A DNA stretch of 61,697 bases, counting the filler, from Dugesia japonica (Eukaryota): NCBI GenBank assembly GCA_001938525.1. It is 5 parts of 5 records of this genome, joined end to end, with 100 filler letters (N's around TTAATTAATTAA, not from the genome) between each part and the next. Parts side by side here need not be neighbours in the genome. Positions count along the whole stretch, not along the records: positions 50,469 to 61,697 come from MQRL01597630.1; 4 more parts are not named here. One strand, 5' to 3'. The number at the start of each line of letters is the position of its first letter. The first letter of the stretch is position 1. The position numbers and the translations under genes are program-made. The notes under the pieces are model-generated. The model did no database searches. It saw only the letters and a program-made list of their open reading frames with translations, and was not told the DNA's origin. Of this stretch, positions 53,021 to 61,697 are shown piece by piece.

Positions 53021-54093
53021 AAGCTTTTTTTATTTTTAATAATTATTAATTAATCATAAACCTCTCTTAGAATTAGTTATTTTGATAATTCATGTAAGAT
53101 TTAAGAATAAAAACTTTATTTTTACCAAACTTATTGTTCACAATGCAGAAAATACAATAGCAAATTCATGAGTGAGTAGTTTGTGTCGTTCTATCAATAA
53201 GCAGTGGTTCGATAGGGATTGGTCATTGCAAGGTCAAATTGTCTGTTACTGGCTTAATCTCCTTCTCGTGGAGTACACTGATTATTTCGGTAAACGTTTC
53301 CAGCTGGGCTTTCTAAGACTTTTCCTGTGCATAAGAGGCTTCGGTTTTAAGTCGGTGTTCACGACATTTGTTTTATACCTTTTAACTTTGGCGTTGGCGG
53401 TGGCAAAATAGGCCTCCCATTTTCGTTTGGCCAGGCGATACAAATCACAGGACATTTTTATGTTCTCACTACTGTGCCGCACCTTCTTAGTGGAAGCAAA
53501 GGGATCGATTGCGCGGACAACTCACTGAACATCAATAAAAGAATTATTATTATAAAACATAAAAAGACGATGACGAATTAACAACATTATCCTAACGACA
53601 TCTTATAGCAAAATCAGTTAAGGTACCAGTTTAACCTATTAATTGCAAAACAAATATTACTCTTAACACAGGTTAGAACGATGAAGATTTATTAAGTTAG
53701 CACATAAAAAGCATGAAAGTTAGTTATTGGAGTTTTTAATGCTCCATAAATGGTGATTTATTATTTACTCAGGAGTGGAAGATGGAGGTATCGGTGAGAG
53801 GTTACTTTCAGGGCCTATCCAATCGTGATAGACCTGTTTCCCTACCGCGTCGCATTGCCTCTCGAATTTTGTGGTCTCTGGAGGCAGATTAGATCGATCT
53901 ACTAAATCCCCAACGTCTCGATTGTAAGGGTTGCTAAATCGTTTAAATACCATGCGGCTGGTGGGATTCCTTAGTTAAATTAGAATTTTCTGTGCGTATT
54001 GAATTTTTTTTCGTGAAAAATGAGAGTAAACTGTCTAAAACTTGGCGGGTTGTATACCATCTTTCAGACAATCGGAATTCTTCATCATTTGTC

Positions 54094-55040
54094 AGTAGTA
54101 GGATAGTAGCGTACTGGATCACCTCCCCCCCACCGTTGATGTAATCGGTCTATTACATAAGTAATCCAGTATTGCTCTAATGTAAATAGGCGACGGCACA
54201 CATTTGTGTGCGTTACACAATGTAATTAATTTCGTCGCAAAATTATTACATATTTTATTTTTTATTTTTCATGTGTATTTAATTGGGAAATTTTTTATGG
54301 GCTTTTTAAGCAGTAGAATTTTTTCAGGTTTTTTAAGCAGCAATATTTTTTCTGTGTATTTAGTTGGTAAAAATTTTTTATGGGATTTTTTTATACGAAT
54401 CCGGGCAAATTTTCATGTTGTTTAAATAATATGAAAATTTAAAATTTTTTAAATAAAATCATTTTGGGAGTCTGGGTGAAAATTCTAAATTTTTGAAAAA
54501 ATATGTTCTATATCTCAGATTTCAAAGATTTTTATACCAAACTACTGAGAATTTTACGGCAATCATTTTTCCCAAATAAAACGTTTTTGAAAAAACTTTA
54601 TTCTCAAATATGTCAACAAATTGTCTATTCGAATATTAACATATATTCGAAATATGTTAACCTAAAATGGTCAAAGTTAATACTCGATAAAATAAATATG
54701 TTTTGTGGTGAAAAAATCTCAAAATTCAGTGCTCAAAAGTTAGTGCTCAATTTTCTCTGCGTACATAACTCGTATGGTTTCGAATTTGATATTATTTTAC
54801 TCAGGAGGAAAAAGTGACTGTACAAAGTTAAAATATCGCCTCGGCAAAAATGCTTCATAATGAATATGTACAGCCGTCCTCCGTGATTTGGTAACAATTT
54901 TCTAAAAGATCAAAAGTGACTCAATATTTATTGAAATTGATACTTTTTGACAGAACATTTTACTGTGAGTACGAATAACACGATTAAAAATCAACAAACT
55001 TTATACATAAAAATTTATATAGAAAAAACAAGTACTTTGT
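54094..55040 (+). repeat. putative Polinton left terminal inverted repeat
   Basis: Starts AGTAGTAGGATAGTAGCGTACTGGATCA. 54390-55040 recurs in direct orientation at 60600-61210, and 54765-55037 recurs inverted at 58625-58857. Confidence 0.6.
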
Positions 55041-55845
55041 TAATAATAAGAAAAATAAATATTAATTATAAACTAAATTACTTTAATTTTTAATAAATTA
55101 ATTAATTATTTAAATAAGTTCAAAAAGAATGTTCTGGAATCAATTGTTTTACTGTATCAACAACATTTAATTATACATACATCATTTAAAACCTATATAA
55201 ACCGAATCTTTTATTTATTTATCAATGTTTCAAAATGACATCAATGACATTGACTAAAGATAATGGGTGAAAAGCCAACCAATTACTATAAATATGAATT
55301 GGTTAACTCTAGGAAAACAATTATGTACACATTTCAAGTACTTTTATAATTATTATTTAATTTATTAAAACTTTTATTTAAGATCCGGTAAAACTAAAAC
55401 AGTGCTTGTAGGATCCATTGATTTCAAACATAAGTGCTAATGATCTAAAAACTTTGAATGAATTGTTTGCTAGAGTCAGCAGCATATATGAAAATAGAAA
55501 AATCAGTATTAATAAAATCAAAGGACGAAGTTCAAAATGAAAAGGCAATAATTACTGTTGAATTATTTGGTTACAAAAGTCTTGAAGATTTTGTCAAACC
55601 TCTTTGGAAAATTACATCCATTAAATCTTTATTGAATAAATATTATTATCAAATACTTTGACTTATCATTTTGTAACTTTTTATTTTACTTTTTTATAGA
55701 TCAAAACAAGTTTTAAAGAGTAAAGTTTATTTAATTCAATCCCATGTTATTCAATGTTTGTTTTGATTGTTTTGTATGACATTTGACAACTGAAATTATA
55801 AAATTAAAATAGATTATTAAGATTACTTAAAGTATTTGGATCTCT

Positions 55846-56975
55846 TTACATTTTGCATGGGTTTTGCTGTCTTATTGCAATTGCTAACGCTTTTAGTTTT
55901 ATATTCATTTGAGTTTGATTTATTGATTCAGGGTTTGAATAACTTAAATCATCATTGAATTCTTTGATTAATGATTCTTTTTTGTTCTCATAAAACTCAT
56001 TTGCAACCGTTGAAAATTTGAGATTTTGATATTTTACTAAATTTTCGATTAGAAAGTTCATGTTTTCTAATGAATCTGGATTAAATTTCAGTTTATCTAT
56101 TAATTCTAATCTTCTGAGTATTACCAGGAATTGAATTTGAATAAGGGCTTGTAGACCATTTTGCAACGTTTCTTCTAATTTATGACGATAAAGTATAATT
56201 TTATTGTTCGATATTTCTTCCATTGCATCGATAAATGGTTCAAGAGAGAATAAATTTGATAGGTTATTGGCAACATCAACTTTACATTTGTTGAGATAAT
56301 CTTCATAATTCAACGATAAAAAACTTTTAGTCTCCGAAATAATTTTTAGAATAATAGTTCTTCCATGCCATTTCATAAAAGATATGAATTCATCATCATT
56401 TTCAATAACAANATCTTGATTACATTTTTCTATTTCTTTCAACATTTCCTTCTGTTTTTAGACAAGCTTACATCATTAATTTTTAAAAATTTAACAATTC
56501 CCGCAAATAGTTAATTTAAAGAGCGGTATTTAAATTATTAATTAATTTAATTAATTCTTTTAATATTTCATTAACAATTAATTGATAATAAAATGTTTTT
56601 ATTCTAACTAGTACAATCTTTCCACTTGAAAAAGAATTGACACATATTGGATCATATTTTGAAATTCTTAATCTTGGTAATATTTCTGGTTCATATACAC
56701 ACTTGATTACTTTAAATAATTCATACAAATTTATCACAGTCCTTAAATTATGAACTATAGTAAGTGATTGTAATTGAATATTCTGGATATTATACTTTAA
56801 ATACTTTGGTCATATTGGTTTCTTGCACCCCAATGATTTTACAACTTCCTGATTGAAAGAAAACAATAGTATACTTATCTGTTTTCTATACAAATTAAAC
56901 TGGTTTTCCAAATGGAAATCTCATTTTTCTGGTCACTTCTTTATCAACTTTTCCTCTAATATTAATATTTGCAAT
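55846..56975 (-). pseudogene. decayed ORF of unknown function inside the Polinton-like region
   Basis: 199-aa and 73-aa co-oriented ORF pieces plus upstream fragments, divergent from the ATPase and lying between the inverted repeats. Confidence 0.45.
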
Positions 56976-57068
56976 GATTATTTATGAATAATTAGTTTTT
57001 AAAGGGGTATTTATATTTGTATAAACAATTTTTATTCAATTGATACGTTTAAACAAGCATAAATTATA

Positions 57069-57362
57069 ATGGAACTAAGAAATGATGCTGTATATCAAAT
57101 TTTTGGGCCTAGTGCTAGTGGAAAAACCTTGTTTGTTTGTAAATTATTGAAATCAAACTTATTCAAATCGAAATTTAATAAAATAAATTGGTATAGAGGT
57201 GCAGATGAGGAGCATGGAATGATTCAATCAGCATTTTGCGATATAAAAATGACCATAATTAATGGATTTGATGACAACTGGAGCAAGAGATTGAAAACAG
57301 GTTATGTGATTGTTGTTGATGATATATACCAAAAAGCTAATAAGCAAAAGGATCTAAGTTGA
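57069..57362 (+). pseudogene. Polinton/Maverick A32-like packaging ATPase, truncated
   Basis: Walker A GPSASGKT and Walker B VIVVDD; the sequence switches to PolB at ~57350. Confidence 0.85.
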
Positions 57363-58250
57363 AAAAGTTGTTGCTAACACATTATCCTAAGAATAATTAT
57401 GTTGTTCATTGGAGATTGTTGCAAATAGACTTACAGTTGGGTGTTAAAATAAATAAACTTCATAGAACTGTTTAGTATTCTCAAGACAACATCTTTAAGA
57501 AATATATTGATGATAATACCGATTAAGAATAATACCCGAATCTTAGAATTTGTAATTCGGCTAAAAGGCTTGTAACTTATACGTCAAAACCAGTGTTTAG
57601 GAAATCCATTAAGATAGATGATGATTTGATTGCTGTGTTGTTGGATAAGGAAATCATTTGTTTGGATAGACCTAGTTACATTGTTCAAACAGTTCTTGAT
57701 CTTTCTAAATTAAGGGTGCATCAATTACAGTACATCGAACTTGAGAATATATAGAAAGCAAGAGAATTGTAAGATCAATATTGTTGCTGGTGATACCGAT
57801 AGCTTCTTCCTTGAAGTTAAAGATATCAAATTAGATACATTGTTAGGCTTAATGGTTCGTGATAATCTGCTTGATACTTCAAATTATCCTAAAACACATT
57901 CTCTTTATAATGATAAATTGAGTTCGGCTGTAAGAAAGTTTAAAGATAAAAATAAGGGTAATATGTATAAGGAATGGGTGTTCTAAAGACCTAAGTGTTA
58001 CAGGATTTTTAGCGATAAAGAGTCTTTGAAAGCTAAAGGTGTAACACTAAAAGATAGTGACATTCACCATAAGTCATATCTTGATTGTTACAACAACAAT
58101 CAAAAGGTTTCAGTAGAAAAATTTAGGATAGGTACTAAAAATCATCAGTTTTTTAGTTTCAACGATTCCAAGATAGCACTAACTAACACTGACGACAAAA
58201 GAGTATGGATAGAAAAGAAACAAAGTCTTCCATAAGGGCATTGTAGTATT
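57355..58250 (+). pseudogene. protein-primed family B DNA polymerase, C-terminal part
   Basis: NYVVHWRLLQ..LG, FKKYIDDNT, LDRPSYI.QTVLDLSK, GDTDSF, DTSNYP, KAKGV and DDKRVW. Confidence 0.92.
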
Positions 58251-58624
58251 CCGACCAATAATAATGAAAAAACAATTATTGTAAAGGTAATAATTTTATT
58301 TGTTAATTGAAATTAATTAATTTTTTATTATTTAGTAATTCAACTCATTCGTTCAAATAGTTCAAGCAGATTATCAGACACCAGATTTAATTGAAATAAA
58401 TTTTAGTTTGAAAATATGTTTGTTTTTACTAAATTTATTTTATGTAAATCATTGTTGTTATTATCATGTGAGTTACCTATACTAAGTACTTGTTTTATCA
58501 AATTAAATTATTAAAGCTAAGGTTGTTATTTTTGTAACCATGTTTTTCTAACTTAAAATAAAATAGATACTTCAAATTCGAGTTACTCTTTCCAAAGTTC
58601 ATAATTTCCTCACATACTCTAAAA

Positions 58625-58857
58625 AAAGTACTTGTTTTTTCTATATAACTGTATGAAATTTGTTAAATTTTAACTTAGTTATTCGTACTCGATAAATTTT
58701 GAGGTACTTTTGATATTTTCAAAAAATATTACCAAATCCGGGTGGACGGCTGTACATATTCCTTAGGAAAGATATTTCCCGAGACGATATTTTAACTTTG
58801 TACAGTCACTTTTTCCTCCTGAGTAAAATAATACCAAATTCGAAACCATACGAGTTT
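58625..58857 (-). repeat. inverted copy of the Polinton-associated repeat
   Basis: Reverse complement of 54765-55037 (..GGCTGTACATATT..GTACAGTCACTTTTTCCTCCTGAGTAAAAT..CGAAACCATACGAGTT). Confidence 0.88.
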
Positions 58858-58859
58858 AT

Positions 58860-59249
58860 ATAAGTAAAGGCCACAAATATATAGAATGGATCTTCTTGAG
58901 ACCGAAATGTTATAGTCTCCTAAGTGAACAAGTTTCGAGGAAGGCTAAAGTTATTAATTTAAAAACCACTGGTCTCACTCATCAATCATATATTTAATGT
59001 TATGAAGAAGATAAATCAGTTTTAGTAGATCAATTTATGATAGCATTAAAAGAACATCAATTATATAGTATAAAATGTAGGAAAATGGCTTTATCAAACA
59101 AAGATGATAAAAGAGTATGGACTGACAAAAATTTAAGTTATCCATACGGATATTACAAATTATCCAAAAATCCTTTTTCTGAAATTGATGAAGACAATAG
59201 TTGCAGTTTAAACACAAAAGAAAATTCAGAAAAACAGATATTTTATTAA
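58860..59249 (+). pseudogene. second pPolB C-terminal fragment from a divergent copy
   Basis: EWIFLRPKCYSL..RKAKV..KMALSNKDDKRVW..YPYGY. Confidence 0.88.
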
Positions 59250-59474
59250 ATACATCTTGTTTTTCAAAGTTGATTTATTTTCTTAATTATTTTTTTTTAT
59301 GTATAGTTATATAAATTTTAACTTTTATTTAATTCGTGAATATTAAAAATATTCTCAAGAACAGTTAATATTAAGTATTTGTTTCTCTAATTTAATTTTA
59401 AATGTCTAATAAATTAAGTTAAAATAAAATCAATGAACCCCTTTTTCACCCAACTAAATGCATTAGAAAAAACC

Positions 59475-59898
59475 CCAACTAAATGCAATGTTCCAGTGCT
59501 ACACTATCTACCTACTATTATCTTTACATAAAAATGTATAGTAGGTAGATACTTCAACTCTGGAACAGTGCATTTAGTTGGTGTTTTTAAAACAACCAAA
59601 AAAGGTTGAAGACCAAAAGATTGAAGAACAAGACCCCCCCTTGCCCAGAAAAATGCAATGTTCCAGTGCTACACTATCTATCTACTATTATCTTTACATA
59701 AAAATGTATAGTAGGTAGATACTTCAACTCTAGAACAGTGCATTTAGTTGGTGTTTTTAAAACCACCAAAAAATTGAAGAACAAAATTTTGAACACAAAA
59801 AATTTGAACACAAAAAATTGAAGAACAAAAATTGAAGAACAAGACCCCCCCTTGCCCAGACCAATGCAAGTGTTCCAGCGCTGAAGTATCCACGTACT
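59475..59898. repeat. array of hairpin-forming units made of AGTAG-type termini (first two hairpins 170 bp apart)
   Basis: CCAACTAAATGCA.TGTTCCAG..TATCTACCTACT-[23-bp spacer]-AGTAGGTAGATA..CTGGAACA.TGCATTTAGTTGG at 59475-59581, repeated at ~59651-59751, with a third half-copy ending at 59898. Confidence 0.88.
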
Positions 59899-59904
59899 AG
59901 TATT

Positions 59905-60540
59905 TTTGGTTGGTTCAGGTGAATTTAGTCAAATATTTTCTCAGGACTGGAAAAATTTGGGTAATTTGTGTACGATTTGGTCAATTTTTGGTTGGTTCAG
60001 GTTAATTTTGTCGAATATTTCTTTGGATTTGATCAATTTTGGCAAACTTGGTCGGTTTTAGGTAATTTTATGGTGATTTGATTGAATATTTCCTCAGGAT
60101 TGGTCAACTTTGGTAATTTTTTGATTTGTTTTAGGTGATTTTTGTCCTAACTTTCCTCGGTGAGGTCAAATAAGGTCAATTTTTAATTGATTCAGATGAA
60201 TTGGGTCCAATATTTTCTCATGCTTGCTCGGTTTGGGTAATTTTTTGATGAATTGGTCGAATTATTTCTCGGGATTGGTAATTTTTGTGGAGAATTGGTC
60301 GAAGATTTCCTCGGGAATAGAAAATTTTGGTAATTTTTAGGTTAATTTGGTAAATTATTTTCTCAGGAATGGTTAATTTGGGTCGGTTTAGGTAATATTG
60401 CTCGAATTTTTCTGACATTAGTCTGTTTTCGTCGATTTTGGACGATTTGGACAATTATTTCCTCACAAGGGTAAATTTTAGGAGAATTTGAATAATAATT
60501 TTCTCAGTCTGGCCAGTTTCGATTGAATTTTAAGGAAATT
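59905..60540. repeat. degenerate G/T-skewed satellite, same family as 26600-27830
   Basis: Shared motifs, including GGCAAACTTGGTCGGTTTTA at both ~26914 and ~60041. Confidence 0.85.
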
Positions 60541-60599
60541 CATGAGAAAAGTTAAATTTATTGAAATTTTCAAGTTTCTTAAAATTTTTTTTATGGGAA

Positions 60600-61210
60600 T
60601 TTTTTATGGAATCCGGGCAATCCATTCATGTTGTTAAAATAATATGAAAATTTAAAATTAAAATAAAACAGTCTAAATCTTTGAGAAAATATGTTCTATA
60701 TCTCAGATTTCAAAGATNTTTATACCAAACTGATGAGAATTTTACGGTGATTATTTTACAAAAATAAAAATCTTTCAAAAAAATATTTCTTCTTAAATAA
60801 GTTAAGAAAGTATAAATTCGATAGAGAAAGTTTCGCTGATTCCAAATATGTTAACCTAAAATAGCCAAATTTAATACTCGATGAAATAAATGGGGTTTTG
60901 TGATGAAAAAAATTTTTAGACTCAATTTTCTCTGTGTACATAACTCGGATAGTTTCAAATTTGGTATCATTTTACTATGGAAAAAAAGTGACTGTATAAA
61001 TTTAAAATATAGTATCGGGAAAAATGTTTCTTAACGAATATGTACAGCCGCCCTCCCGGATTTGGTGAAATCTTTTGAAATTATCAAAAGTACCTCAAAA
61101 TTTATCGAAATTGATATTATTGGATGGGAAATTTTACGGTAAATACAAATAACATGGTTAAAAGTCACCAAACCTTATAGATAAAAAGTTATATTGAAAA
61201 AACAAGTATT
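60600..61210 (+). repeat. direct copy of the 54390-55040 repeat
   Basis: GAATCCGGGCAA..ATATGTTCTATATCTCAGATTTCAAAGAT..TGTACAGCCG..AAAACAAGTA. Confidence 0.9.
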
Positions 61211-61334
61211 TAATATGGAAATCCGCGAGGAACATATAAAAATAGGATGATAATTTATTTGATTCTATCTATTTTCGGGTGTTTTTGACTATTTTAGGTG
61301 ATAATTTACTCTTCATTGGTCTTTAATCATCAAT

Positions 61335-61500
61335 GTTCTGTCAACTATGCTCTGCTTACTAGATTTCAGTTATCTGTGCTCTGCCCACTAGATTTCAATA
61401 CTCTGTGCTCTGTCCGCTAGATTTTAATCCTCTGGGATCTGACCAGATTTCTGTTATAAATGCTTTGTCCACTAGATTTCAGTTATCAGTGCTCTGCTTA
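61335..61500. repeat. ~29-bp minisatellite (CTAGATTTCAGTTATCTGTGCTCTGCCCA)
   Basis: About five degenerate copies are visible. Confidence 0.8.
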
Positions 61501-61697
61501 ATGCGCATTGATTTTTAGTTATCAATGATTTTTTCACTCTTTGCAGGTCTTTACTCTTCACTAGTGATAAATGTACTGTTTAATTATTATTTAATTATTT
61601 ATCCCGTTCTATATTTTTACTGTTAATTTGAAATTAAAATATTTCCGTGTATTTTTAATAAATTGTTCTATTTTTTATCGTAAAAATCTAATTAAAA

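Noticed and set aside
53020-53520. Possible 28S rDNA or spliced-leader target after the REL retroelement
   Set aside because: No recognisable rRNA or spliced-leader sequence.
54088-59522. 6-bp TSD around a single Polinton spanning 54094-59516
   Set aside because: Flanks TTTGTC and ATTATC differ at two of six positions and the interior is chimeric.

Overview
Eukaryotic, very AT-rich, gap-ridden scaffold. Four 100-nt N-gaps carry an artificial TTAATTAATTAA linker, so at least five contigs are joined here. Introns of about 50 nt, the transposon spectrum and a planarian-style PIWI PAZ peptide suggest a triclad flatworm (inference). The window is mostly a graveyard of decayed transposons: mariner, Tc1, pogo, several hAT copies, three Ty3/Gypsy pol copies with solo LTRs, a restriction-like-endonuclease non-LTR retroelement and Polinton/Maverick remnants. 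Host-like coding sequence is limited to the first three exons of a TEX14-like ankyrin gene, an intronless RING ORF and a decayed PIWI copy. The most interesting signals are non-coding: (1) a 5S rRNA-headed SINE-like insertion splitting a hAT transposase; (2) minimal hammerhead-ribozyme motifs in a Penelope-type repeat, one inside a ~215-bp fold-back; (3) an array of mini-elements built from AGTAG Polinton-like termini and joined by an identical 23-bp spacer; (4) an 88-bp solo LTR with 17-bp perfect terminal inverted repeats (TIRs) and a 5-bp target-site duplication (TSD). All calls come from reading the sequence by eye; no searches were run.
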